Part shown: piece after piece, positions 24,173-36,620 of the stretch
Numbering within the stretch: position 1 is the stretch's first letter
How the letters are laid out: each line of letters opens with the position of its first letter
Assembly (NCBI RefSeq): GCF_009834535.1
Contig: NC_045696.1
Coordinates: 21,516,001 to 21,580,000, forward strand
DNA: 64,000 nucleotides
Direction of reading: 5' to 3'
Source: Camelus ferus
Taxonomy: Eukaryota
Notes under the pieces: model-generated
Told to the model about the DNA's origin: nothing
What the model saw: the letters and a program-made list of their open reading frames with translations, nothing else
The model's database searches: none
Made by a program: the position numbers and the translations under genes

Positions 24173-25290
24173 GACAAACCAGGATGCAATGTAAGGGTAC
24201 ATTAGTGCATATTATGTGGTTTATTGTACACTTAAGATAGGAAATTAGTGAAATGACATTATTCTTCACAGTCTCTTTGTGTAATCTATTAAGTGACATT
24301 TTATAAGTCTAAGAAAATGCTTATTGCATATTTTGTTTATTAAAATCACTCAGTGGATCTAATCATATAGTTTATTGTTAGGAGGTTTTAATTATTCAAA
24401 ATCTAATATGTCTGTTAATTAATTCAGAAAGTGCTGACTTTTTTTTTTTAATCATCTGGCGTGATGTTATATGATCTATATATTGGTTTTTGGTAAGTAG
24501 CTACTCTATTTTCTTTTGTAATCCAGATTTGAAACTGAGAATCTACCAAGATGATAAAACTCAGAGGTAGATAAAAATGATGTTTTAAATTTTTTTACAA
24601 TTTACTTACTTACTTTGAAAAGTTCCAAGTTTAAGAAGCACGTTCTTTTTTGGGGATTCTTATGTCTTACTTTTATAACCTATATTTCCTTCAAAGTCTT
24701 AATCATAAGGACAGATAATATCATTTTTTAAATACTCATTTAAACAGAGTAACCATAGGAGAATTGCTAAGGAAAGTAGCTTTGTTTTATGCTAATCTTC
24801 AGTTGATTTTTGGACACCAGCAAATTAATGAAGCATGGCAACAAATTGACTCATATTTTTCCTAGTCTCCATGGTACTTTAATCTAATTTAATTATTTTA
24901 CCACATTTCCCTCATGTATATACATCACATTATCAGAGCTTTAAAACTACAATCTTTTAGGAGTTTTAATCATTTAACATAATTTCTGTTTTCAAAGTGC
25001 TATTTATACAATAATCTGAAAAGTCTATTATTAAGTCATTTTACAGTACTCTAATTATTTCCACAGAGCTGATTATCACTTAAATTCTAGACCCCATGTG
25101 AGTAGAAAATTAGCCTATTCACTTACCATTCTGAATGAATAGGAAATTATTATAATAACATTTCTAGTGTATTTGAGATAGAGGAACACTGATTAGCTGG
25201 GCCTAGACCTTTTTATGTTCAAGTATAGTGTTTTGGTAGTTGTTTTGCACAATTGTTTAGCCTTAGGCGTGATTGTAACATTTGCTACCA

Positions 25291-25423
25291 GACATGCCAT
25301 ATGTCCCTATTTGCTTGGGTCAGTACTGGTATATAACTGATTTTCCTAAGTTAGCTTTAATCTTGCTTCCTCTTTCATTCTAAAAAATATCCTCCTTTGG
25401 GCAATAAATTACATGTCCATCTA
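25291..25423 (-). mobile_element. hAT-Blackjack MITE, MER94-like
   Basis: ccatatgtccctatttgcttgggtcagtactggt ... tttgggcaataaattacatgtccatcta; ~133 bp. Confidence 0.6.
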
Positions 25424-25759
25424 GTGATAATGTAGGTTTTCCTTTACCTACAAAAGTGAAGATTTAATTACATACCACAGAATATTCCCTTCGCATCTGG
25501 AGAGGGGAATCCATAATGAATTCTGTTTACCAACAGGAATCCTGAATATTAGTTCATGGTAAACTACTCATTCCTTTCTAGTCACCAGTACATGCACGGA
25601 TTCCAAACTAGTTACATGAATAAAACCAAAGAGAAGTGGATTTTATCCAAGTAAAATTTCAATCCAGTTCCATTGCCATGTTAGCTCTTTAGATTATTTT
25701 TACAAAAATAACTATTGCCTATTGATAACATGAAAATTTGTGTAATAAATAACTTATAC

Positions 25760-27020
25760 TTTAAAATGTTCCTTCTAAACATCTCTCAAGCTCATGCACT
25801 ACCACCACTTCAGCCTGAGCCACTGTTTTATCTGGACTGCAGGACATGATACTGGTTTCTGGACATCCACTGTGGGTCACTTTAGGGTTGTCCTTTCTGC
25901 TGCCGTCGAAGTGCTAATGTCAAAATGAAATCTGATGACGTTGTACTTTTTCTATACTGCACACTACTCATGTCTTATACTCTATCCCTTACTTTTCATA
26001 ATGAACAATCGATTCTTAGTACAATTTCTAAATCCCACATGGTTTCCTGCTGACCAGCTCTCCAGCTTTGTGTACCACACTATTCTTGCTGCTTCTGCTG
26101 TCCAACCCTCTGGCCTCCATGCAGATCCTTGAGGTGTCTTGCTGTGTTTTGCCCTTCTCTTTGTACATGGATTTCTCTTTGCCTAAATGTACATCCACCC
26201 AACACCTATTTGGTCACCTCCAACCTATTGCTTATATAATTGTTTTTATCCAGATTCAACTCAATCCTTAAGAGAAGAAACTCCTGTCCAGGTCAGTGAT
26301 GAGACAATCCAGGATGGTCTGGAGACTCATTTACCTCCTCCTTTTTGGGGGACTACACCAAGAACTGACTCTGTTGACCTTAACAGTTTACAGGGAGACA
26401 CCAAGGTGTTAGCTGACATCAATATACCTCGCAACAAGGATGTGCCCTGGTACAAAGGATCTGATGTTGGGATGTGTATCTTGGGCCTTGGGATATTATT
26501 TCTTTCCTTGACCTGTGTCTTGTGTCTCGTGCCCCCAGTCCCTCTCAGGCTACAGTATTTCACCAGGTTTTGGGGATGAGGTTTGTTCTCAGACTCAGAG
26601 TGCACACAGACTGGTTTCTCTCGACAAAAGCCTCAGCCAGGGTGCATACAGAGCATCCATTTTGGCCTAGGCTATGGAAGAATAAGAGTTCAACTTACTC
26701 TCATTACTACTGCTCCACTGATTGCAAGTTTCCCCTAATATATTCTGTTACATCTGCAAATTGTGGTACCCAGGTTGTGTGTCCAACAGTTACCTCCATG
26801 TATTTTGCATCCTCATGACCTCCTCTTTATATCATTTACTCTCAGCTCAATTGTTAAATTTGGGCCATTGTTTGATTAATGTCTGTCATCTCATTTGAAT
26901 CCTATGCTCCCTGAAGGAATGAGATTAGAGGTTGTTTTGTTTTGTTTTACTTGTATCCCAAATTTCTGGCACAGTGCCTAGTACACAATAAATGTTAATA
27001 AACATTCTTGAATGAACGAA
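25760..27020 (+). mobile_element. L2 3' region, interrupted by an LTR-like insert
   Basis: Ends ctggcacagtgcctagtacacaataaatgttaataaacattcttgaatgaacgaa, a typical L2 terminus. Confidence 0.75.
26266..26788. mobile_element. LTR-like insertion, family not assigned
   Basis: ~520-bp more GC-rich block that splits L2 text (cagattcaactcaa...gttacctcc) and ends in CA; no TSD seen. Confidence 0.45.
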
Positions 27021-27799
27021 ATACTTGCTAAATCAGATAACCCAATGAAATGGGTGATGTAATAGATATTTGTAGATGAGATGACATTTCAATGTCTCTC
27101 AAGTTACCCCACAGTGACAGTGATAAATTACATCCGTCTGAGAAGAAGAAGGACAGGCTTAAGTGTACAGTGATATGAAGTCTTTCTAATAAACTGGTGT
27201 TACATAGATCGCTTAAATTATGTAATTTATCAATTAAGGCTGTAAAGGAGGAGAAATGATACAATATTTGTCTTCGTTTTAGAGAGTGACAATGACAGGA
27301 ATGGGAATATTGATGATTTTTAAGATATTTTGAAGAAGGAGATGAGGACAGCTTGTGTTTAAAGGCCACCATATCACAGGCTTTATAAGGAAACTTTGCA
27401 CAGATTCTTCAATTTAATTCAGTACCTTCTACAATAGGCCCTCAATGGATATTTATGGATTTATGTATTAATGAATAACATAGCAGTTTAGGGCTAAGGT
27501 ATTATTTAAAAGTCTAAAACATTTGGTTCTAAATATAAAAATGTTTTTGTCTTAAACTGTTGCTCAAATAATGAGTCATAGAAGTTACGCTATTACAAAA
27601 CTTATTTCCAAAGCCTTGCTATATATTAGAAATATATTGGCTATAAATTAGCCAAAAGTCTACAAACAAGTATGGTTTTCTACACATTTTTCAAGATAAT
27701 TACTGATGTTATTACAAGAACTTTATGTTCCTTTGAATTCATAAATCAACTAAGTTTTAATTATCTTTGCTACTTTGGTCAATCTCCTTTTTATCAAAG

Positions 27800-28110
27800 T
27801 GATTATATATAAAATAATCATATTACATCATAGTTCATAATGATAATAAGAAATATACATAAAAATTTCAGAAGAGATAAAGGAATATAACAGTGAAATT
27901 TCAGAATATGAGTAAAAACAAAAATCTTGTTTACTTCCAGAAAGTGGAAAAAAAAAAACCTGTCAATCAGACAGGAGTGAAATTCACAATGGACTTCTGC
28001 TTCCTAATATCTCAGTTTCCAGAAGACAATATATTCAGTGATCTGAAGGAAGACTTCTTCAGTCTTGAATAACCTATTTATCCAGTTTATAAATCCACAT
28101 ATTTCACCCA
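27800..28110 (+). mobile_element. HAL1/L1 ORF1-like remnant
   Basis: aaaatcttgtttacttccagaaag...ccagaagacaat...tctgaaggaag resembles ORF1 text of HAL1. Confidence 0.5.
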
Positions 28111-28128
28111 AAATAGTTCACTCAATTT

Positions 28129-28400
28129 ATTTCTTTTTTTCCTTTTTTCTTTATTTTTTTATTGACATATCATCAGTTAACAAGGTTGCGTCAATTTCTG
28201 ATATACGACATGTTTTAGTCAACATACATATATTCAATTTCATATTCTTTCTCATTATAGGTTACTACAAGATATTGAATATAGTGCTCTGTGCTGTACA
28301 GTATAAACTTGTTGTTTATTTTATATATAGTAGTTAGTATCTGCAAATCTCAAACTCCCAACTTATCCCTTCCCACCCCTTTGCCCTCAGTAACTAGTTT
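28129..28400 (-). mobile_element. Camelid L1 3' UTR
   Basis: T tail then ataggttactacaagatattgaatatag...tatctgcaaatctcaaactcccaacttatcccttcccacccc. Confidence 0.9.
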
Positions 28401-29911
28401 TTTAATAACTATGTGGACTCAGTCAGAAAACAAGTGAAAACAATGGAAATTGCTTCTTAGACTACAACATCAGCCAATATATGTTTCTTTTGAGATCTCA
28501 TAGTAATTCTCCTTTTATTTAAATTTAGTCCACGTATCTTGTAATTCTCACAATACTGGTACAGATAAAACTTGCTGTTAGCATAAGAACACAGTATCAC
28601 TTCAGTAGAAACTTTAAATATCTCTGCAAAGCCCTTAGCAGGATGTTCCTGGATAAGAATACATTTAGTAACTAGAACACAGGATTTCTGAGCCATGGTC
28701 CCCTGGAAAATGTCTCAGAAGCTACACAAGTTCCCTCGTAGAGGAAGAGTTATCATAATTTAAACATGCTTGGCTGGAAAACACTGCAGGAAAGGGCCTG
28801 GGTTGCTGAAAGTCACGAATTCCTCGAGGGAATAGCATCATGAGTTTATTTTGGAAAAACTTAAGAAAAATTTGTGGTAAAGCGTGCCATGAGATATTCA
28901 TATTTTTCTTAATCCCATATCTTTGGTAGTCAACTTTGTGCAAGGAATTTGAGGGCTGATGGTAGGGGTGGAACAGTGTCCAATTTTATTGATACTGTTC
29001 TTTCTATTATAAGGGAACTGCCAAGAATAAATTCTCAGAATTAGCCAAAAATGATTAAGGGAAAACTGTTAGTGCCTTGAAATTTACTGGTATTTGGAGA
29101 TAATAATAAGCACTACAACAGAAAAGGGGGACAGAAATGTCTATGCTTTTATTATAAGTAAGTGGAAGATTTACAATAGTCTCTTTACATGATAATATGT
29201 AGCTATTAGAAAGAATAAAACAGCTTTATGTGCTGATACTGAATACATTTAAATATTTCAGAATAAATTTAAGTCTATAAAACAAATATACTTAATCATC
29301 ATATGGAGCAGCCCCACTGAGTAGATTAGTAATTTTCACTTTTTTTTAAGAATTTCTATTTTGATATTACGCATCTTCAAAATTCATAAAATGCATTTCT
29401 TCATTAAGTTACAACATTGAGCACTGTCACTGAACTCAATTCTGTAATAAAAAATGAAAGTAAAACCTTATAAAGTTCTGACAAATTTAATGGCTATGAC
29501 TATTTAAATTTTTGTAATTAAATTTGATACTTTATTTTATTACAATTTTTTCCTGCACTTTTTTCCTGCAATTTTTTCCTGTGTATACAGACATAGATGC
29601 ATGGAGAAGTACTATGTAGTTTTGACTTACATTACTGTGATTTATTCAGCCACTCATTAATGGATATCCCTTAATGTTCCTGTACGCTAAACAGGAGACT
29701 GCCCTGGTTATATATTCTCCAAACTGCACTGGAATGATAGACATTGATAATCAGTTAAGGATATTTCTATGTGCCATATTCAATGATAGGTAACTTTCCA
29801 TTTCAGTTCAGTGAATAAGTAGATATCATGAATACTACTTGGAATCCCAAAAATAAGTATATTTAAGTCATTTTTTTAATTTGAAAAGACTCATCAGTTT
29901 AGTTGTTTTCC

Positions 29912-30088
29912 TTTCTTATTGAAGTATAGTCATGTACAATATTATATGTTACAGGTGTACCATATAGTGACCCATAATTTGTGAAGGATATACTCCACTT
30001 ATAGTTACTATGAAATATTGACTGTGTTCCCTGTGTTGTACAATATGTCCTTGTAGCTTATTTTATACATAACAATTTGTCCCTCTTT
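29912..30088 (-). mobile_element. L1 3' tail (artiodactyl/laurasiatherian)
   Basis: tattgaagtatagtcatgtacaatattatatgttacaggtgtac...ttccctgtgttgtacaatat. Confidence 0.85.
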
Positions 30089-32014
30089 TGTTAATGGGTC
30101 ATCATGTGCTAAAAATTAGAAAATAAATAGAGGCATGGACCAAAGTACTTTCATTCACTGAATTTTTATGTATTTGGGGGTATAATGTGTAATCTCATTT
30201 TCCTAACTTTGCAGTTAAAAATCACACGTCTTCCTATTCTTAAATGGATAGAGGGAAAAGATCATATTACAAATGTGCAACTAACCCAACTCCCATAGGT
30301 TTTTATCTTGAAAACAAAAGGAACTAATTGTCCAAAATCCTTCAGCATATCAAAATATTGAGACTTACTTCTGAAGTCCAGAATGGGTCCCAAATGCTGC
30401 TTGACACATAGACACACATTTCTCTGAACCCTCTGCTGCTTACTTGAAAGAAAGAAAACAGATCCCATGACTTTTTTATTTGGTTCTTAAAAGGATTCAT
30501 TCTCTTTTAAAGGTCAAATACCTGTGAGCACCTTGGTTTCTGGTCAATATGTTTTTCTCCAGAAAGTATAAAGGGCAAAGGGCTACCTGAAATGAGGAGC
30601 CCCCTTTGATTCCCAGCTGTGATGTGGACATGCGCTGATTGGAAAACAAAGACTGCAGAAGCTGAGCTAATTTTTCTCATTCAAGACCTGCTGGTAAAGC
30701 AGCATCGGCCCTTACAATTCAACACTGTATAATCACAATTTAGTTAGAAAATGCACAGTAGCTATTGAATTATAATTCTGTGATGAAGCAAAATTTAGTA
30801 AGATGCTATCTGAGATTTGGCTACTTTGAGATGCACATTTTGTGTCTCTCTTTTATTAAAACTGTCAAACTTCTTTAAAAATGCCAAAGATTTCAGTTAA
30901 TTCTGAATACCAAAAATAATGCGAATGAGAATTATTTTATATAAAAATAAAGATCACTTAAAGCAAATCTAGAATAGTGCATTTGAAACCCAACTCAGGA
31001 AATGATCAAGAATATACACAAATATTCAGATAATTTCCTAGAAATCGATATTTCTTAAGCATTAGGTAGCCAAATGCAGAAAAAGTTATGATAAAACATT
31101 CTATTTCCTTTAGGAAAGTCATATCATGTTTTAATAATCTTTGTTCTAAGTAATCATGGGTTTATATTTGCTTAAATAATTCTATTTCAGGATGCTTGAG
31201 ACTGATTTAAATATAATCTCAACAAAGAAAGGTTTATTAAGCTTTCATGTTATATCTATTTAGGAGTACTCACTGAATTCTCAATAAAATAAAATTTAAA
31301 AAGCAGAATCAAGGAAAACAAGCTTTTCTGGTACTTGTATACTTCATTTTGTGATGTGATTGAAAGGCATTAATATGAGTAATCAATATCTAGCAATGTA
31401 CTTTTCAGAAATCGAGAAGAAAAGAATTAATTTACATACTTGGTTAATCCATTAAAATACTAAATACTATCTCTAAAATATACCCTAAATCAATATCTGT
31501 CTCATTTGTTGCCTTCTTATATTTGGCAATCAGGCCTAAAATTAAATATTTGCAGATTTTTTTTAAAGCTTAGAGAAAAAAAATTTTAAATGTCATTGGT
31601 TCTCAATTGTAGTGAAGGCTTTGTATTTCCACCACTTATGAAATTATATGCCTTAAATGTAATTTTATATTTTTTGAGAAAAATCTGCCAAATAGCTTTG
31701 CTTAAACAGGAGAACCGATCAGGGCATTTGACTTAATTATTTACGATATGAGATAAGAAAACAAAGTGCAGTTCAAAAAATTAAACTTTCAGAGAAATCA
31801 AAATACATTTCTTAACATAGAATGTTACAAAAATACAATTCAACTAATTCATTATTTTTACATATTTGTCTTCTTATATGGGTAAGATTTTCACCTAGAG
31901 ATGAATCTCTTGACAGCAAGCACCTTTAATTAAGAAATGAAATTTCACTGAGTCAACAATATAATCTGGTGCCAAATGCAAATCATACTAGTTAAGGAAA
32001 TCATGGAAATTTCT

Positions 32015-32180
32015 TTAGAGCAGAACCTCTTAGAACTCTTATTAAGTGCACTGTAAACCTAGGAGATAAGCATGCAATGAGAAGTTTTCTAAGTTTACAT
32101 GAGCACAGAACACTTTCCTCCCCATCAGGACACCTAATTACATCATGTGGTTTCAATATTTAACAAAGCACAATTTAAGT
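32015..32180 (-). mobile_element. hAT-Charlie MITE remnant, MER103-like
   Basis: gcagaacctcttagaactctt...gtgcactgtaaacc...gagcacagaacacttt. Confidence 0.4.
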
Positions 32181-33639
32181 TACTGAAATTTACTGTATGT
32201 GAGAAAACATCTCTTCTTTGTCTCCTGATCATACTGCATACTTTCCAGACTCTGAGACCCTGTTTAGACGCTTCTCCCCTCTTTCCTCGATCTATCTATA
32301 TTTGAACTACTTCCAACATGACTGTAACTTGCAGATAGCCTTAATTTTAATCTATGGATTAAAAATGTTCTTTAAAAGCTTATAGAATAGAAATAACAAT
32401 TTAGCTTAATGCATAAAGAATAAGATGAGATCCTTTATTTTTTTTAACTTCATACAATGTTCTGATATTGTTCTGATACTGTTTTTTTAATAGAACTTTT
32501 TTGTTACAGTGAGTTTTTTTAGACTTTATACTAACTTGTTCAATATAATATTTGTGAAATCTTAAAAAGGGGTAAAAAAAATAAAATGATGGTACTTTGT
32601 AATTAAACATAGAACTAGATGTTGTAGGAATTAAATAATCATGTAAGAAGTGAGACAAAACCTAGAAAAATAGTCATACAGTGTAGGTGCTGAAATATAG
32701 CTTCAAGATTATCTAAATTCATGCCCTTATTTTACAAATAAGTTGTGTAAGTGAGAAAGTTTAGCTAGAAGCTTTAAGTATCTTAACCTTACATGGTAAC
32801 ATACTTATTTTACTCTAGATAAAAGATGTGTCAGGTTTTTTTTAAATGATCATTAGGGGATTTAGTAACTGGTGTAACAATAAACTGAATTTGAATTTAG
32901 GATTAATATGAACATAATAACACGATTATTTCTGTGGCATGGGTAGGTAAGGATAATGTCGATGAAGATACATTTTTACTTAATGTCTTTTTCCCTCTTA
33001 TGAAATGATATTTTCATGGCACAGTAATAATCTGCCTTTCACAAAACTTTTCTCAGCCATATGAGAAACTTAAAAGACTTGGGCATATTCCTGACAAGGT
33101 AGCAATTTAGTATCGCAGCGGATCTGTAAAGGCAGAGGATTGAATAGGGAAAGAAATGAGGAAGTGGGCGAGTCACAATGCAGGAGAATCTGGCTCACCA
33201 TGAAGCAGATTCCCTGTGCTGAAAGGATGAGGGTCTAAGCAGATCCTCCCCGGCGTATGCTGACATGATGACATGCCTTATTTCATGCTCCATTGAGAGA
33301 GAATGCAGGAGTTCAACATTAATGTTCACTGTCACTTTCCTCTCTCCTCCTGATATTAGAGCCTTCCTTCCTGGTGTAAATGCGCTGCAGCACGCAAAAT
33401 AATACTCTTGTGATCATGTTTTCCTCTCTCATTATCTAGCCTCTAAAATGGGTGCATGGTTTTGCTACACAATTCACTTCTATATTCCGTACTTTGAAAA
33501 AAAATGGTTGTAAATTGGCAGTAAAAATGTGCAAAATGACTTCTAGATTCAAATGCTGGAGATCAGCCAAGTCTTGCCAATATTAATTAATAAAGTTTTT
33601 GTGATGAGAAATATAGTAGAGAATAAAGAACATGGTCAA

Positions 33640-33815
33640 AACACAGGTCCAGGTGCAAACCCTGTGGCTCACTAGTTATTGTACCGTTGGAAAACGTTTC
33701 TTGCCCAGAGTTTATCACCTCTAAATTACAATAGTTAACACCTCTCCTGAAGAATTATTGTAAGGATTAGAAATAACGAATGTTAAAGTCTTACAGTATC
33801 ACATGATAGGTATAA
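33640..33815 (+). mobile_element. MIR SINE
   Basis: ccaggtgcaaaccctg...tctaaattacaatagttaacacc...ttattgtaaggattagaaataacgaatgt. Confidence 0.6.
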
Positions 33816-33837
33816 CTAGAGAGAGTCTAACAGATTT

Positions 33838-34412
33838 CTCAGTTAGGGTTCAGAGAGACAGAAGCAATCTGAGTGGTCTAGAACAACAGACTCATTACAG
33901 GGATTAGACCTTAACAGTTGTGAGAATTGATACAGAAAAAAGTCTATGAAATTCCAGTCATGACCCTAAGGTTGAGAACATGAGAAGTATTATGTGACAG
34001 AGAGGAAAAACTGGTTGCCAGGAACCCAAATTGGAATTCACAAGGACAAACTGGACGTCTAACTCATCTGTCACCACCTGAAAGCTCTTGATGCAGGTAA
34101 CCTGCAGGAAATGATGGTACCCTTTGCCATGAAGCTGCACACATGTGGCCTAGGACTTTGAGAAGACAGAAGATCTGGTGGGAGCTGGAGGAGTTCCTGG
34201 CTCAGCTGCCACCAGCCTCCAATGTGGTAAACCATCGCATCAACAAGAACGTGTGCACGTTGCCCTACTCTGACCATCAGTGCCCGCTGGTGCTGCCTGG
34301 CTTCTGTCTTCTGAATCTCATGTGTCTCTCTCTGGTGTCCTGTTCTAACCCTGAATCATACCCGTAAATACAGTTCTAAGCATGGTTAAGTTGGCATAGT
34401 ACAAAGATACTA
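33838..34412 (-). mobile_element. Ancient LTR, LTR78/79-like
   Basis: Starts cagttagggttcagagagacagaa and ends cagttct...ggttaagttggcatagtacaaagatactaca. Confidence 0.5.
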
Positions 34413-34801
34413 CAGAAGGCTAGGCCAGCCTATTTTATTGTAGTCTCTCCCACAGCTCAGAGGCTTAATTCAACAAGGGTTTATTTTTTATGAAAGTTTC
34501 ACATCAATAATGGCTCCGTAGTGGTTCTGTCCCACATCCTACTTCTTCCCAGACCCAGTCTGATAAAGCAGCCTCTGATCAGAACTTGGCATTGATCAAT
34601 GCAGGAGAAAAGAAATAATGTCAAACAATGCACTTGCTCATAAAGCTTTTGTGCAGAGGTGACGTACTTTATTCCTGCTTACTATTCACTGGCCAAAACA
34701 TGTCACAAAGCCCAAGACCGATGTCAGTCGGGCTAGAGACATATAATCCTTCTCCAGGAAGGAGGAGCAGGTATTTGCAAGTGATAGTAGCATCTTCCAC
34801 A
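34413..34801 (-). mobile_element. Old MaLR LTR, MLT1I/J-like
   Basis: ctcagaggcttaattcaacaagggtttatt...ttcactggccaaaacatgtcacaaagccc...cttccaca. Confidence 0.7.
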
Positions 34802-36620
34802 GTCAACAGTTCTTGTGAAGAATATTTAGTGCACTCTTTGTTCTGTGTACAAGTACACCCACGGCCTCTCCAGGGAAATCCACACAAAGTGTAACTTAGT
34901 AATGGCGTCAGACTCAAATCCAGGTCTTTGTGGTTGCTCTTGCTCCAGAGACCTTGCAAAGAAAAATCAACATAAAAGCCCCATAAATTATTTGCTCCCC
35001 TTATACCACATATATATGGTAGAAGACGGGAGAATAAACGTGGTGAGAATGATAAAGATAAACACAAGTAAGAATAGGAAGAACAGCACATTCACTACAC
35101 CTTGGCAGTCCTGAAACCACAAAGAGAAGGACGGTAATTTCCATTGAGAGACTCTAGTCCTTCTTGTTGGGAGAAGTTCCCTAATTTATAGTATTCTGGT
35201 GGGCATAGCTTTCCCCTGAGGGAGAACATTCTCTGTCCATGACTTCACTTGGCTGCATTTGAAAAGGACTTTGGAAGATATGTCCTCCTTGACGGCTGAG
35301 AAACTTTCAGAGCATTTCTCTGGCCTGTAGAAGGTCAGCAATCCAGGTATCATTCCAGGGGTAGAAAAGTCAGTCCTCTAGTCCAGGCTGGTGGGTTCCT
35401 GCAGGTACAACCCTGAAAACTTAGCTTCTTGTTCATTCAATTCTGATCAGTCCCATGTGCCAGGAGACACATCCACAATTTACACATTTTTGAGGTCATT
35501 TTGAGGCTGTTCATCTGCTATCCAAGAGGCATGTGTTTAATTTCTTTTCACTGAGTTATTTCATTCAACTGAAAGACTTTATTGGTCACCACATAAAGGG
35601 CCTACCAACCAGACTATCCACTTGGTCTTTGACACAAGGTTGAGTTATATTTGGCCTTGTCACTCAAATATTTTCTCAATTTCATATTTTAATGTTTACA
35701 GTTGATAGTAATAGTTCACAGTTGATAGTTGATAGTAATAGCTTACAGTTGATAGTTCATAGTTAATGCCCTGAAGTTTCTGAATTTCTGTATCTACTTT
35801 TATTGGAAGACAATTTTCCAAGGGTTGATCCCTTTTTACCCATCTCTTGAGTGAGAAGCATTGTGTTTTATTTCTCCTTGTTTTGTCAAGGATGTTTAAA
35901 TAGCTAATAGCCTTCGAAGATGCAGTGCCCTCCCTCCAGAACAAAGCGTAGACAAACTTATTGTCTGGGAAAATGAAGATGAAGTCTCTTTTAGAGAAAA
36001 GGCCTGGTATATTTACTATCATAAAATATTTGTGCTTCCTAAGCTCAGGGTTCCTCTTCTGTAATGTAACCAGTTACATGTGCTGGGGCCATCTGAACCT
36101 CTTCCCAGCACCCTGTGAGATTCAACACTCAAGAAATTGGCATAAAAATGTTGACACTCTGGCTACTACTCATTTTATAATTTTGTCTCTGATGCAGAAG
36201 TTTCATGTCTTCTAGCAAGAGCCACCCATGAAATCATGGCAGGCTAATTAGTTTGTAAGTATCTTATACATGTCAGACTCTTGAGAGTTCTTAATATTTC
36301 CCTGTTACTTGTGGTTGTAAGCTGGACATTTTTTTAGTGAGCTCATCTCTAATGCACTCTCTTGTCAGAGGTATCCAATCAAAACAAAACACTAGAGTAA
36401 TATTTCTTTTTGCAATTTCTTAATGTGAAGTTTGCCCAGAACATTATTCCCTTTTAAGTTGTCACTTTTTTTTTTTTTTTGGTCCAGTGATTCACAGTGT
36501 ATTATGCATCTCTGTCACCTAATAAATTCTTCACCACGCTCTTTCTGGCTCCTAAGCTCCTGTCGCACTTTGTTTTTGTTATTGTTGTCGTTTCATCAGA
36601 AGCCCGCCTCAGGTACTATC
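34802..36620 (-). mobile_element. MaLR internal region (MLT1-int-like)
   Basis: Directly abuts the MLT1 LTR; ends with gtttttgttat...cctcaggtactatcagtt, like the MaLR-int 5' boundary (ccacttctggtaccaatt). Confidence 0.55.
35698..35764. repeat. Imperfect short tandem repeat of acagttgatagt/gttgata units
   Basis: acagttgatagtaatagttc acagttgatagttgatagtaatagctt acagttgatagttcatagtt. Confidence 0.85.

Noticed and set aside
30550..30700. Acceptor-like tttttctccag and donor-like ctg|gtaaag bracketing a possible exon
   Set aside because: Stops in all three frames, so rejected as a coding exon; kept only as a regulatory candidate.
35698..35764. Repeated acagttgatagt units with short spacers, superficially CRISPR-like
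   Set aside because: Units are too short, spacers derive from the repeat itself, the context is eukaryotic and there are no cas genes.
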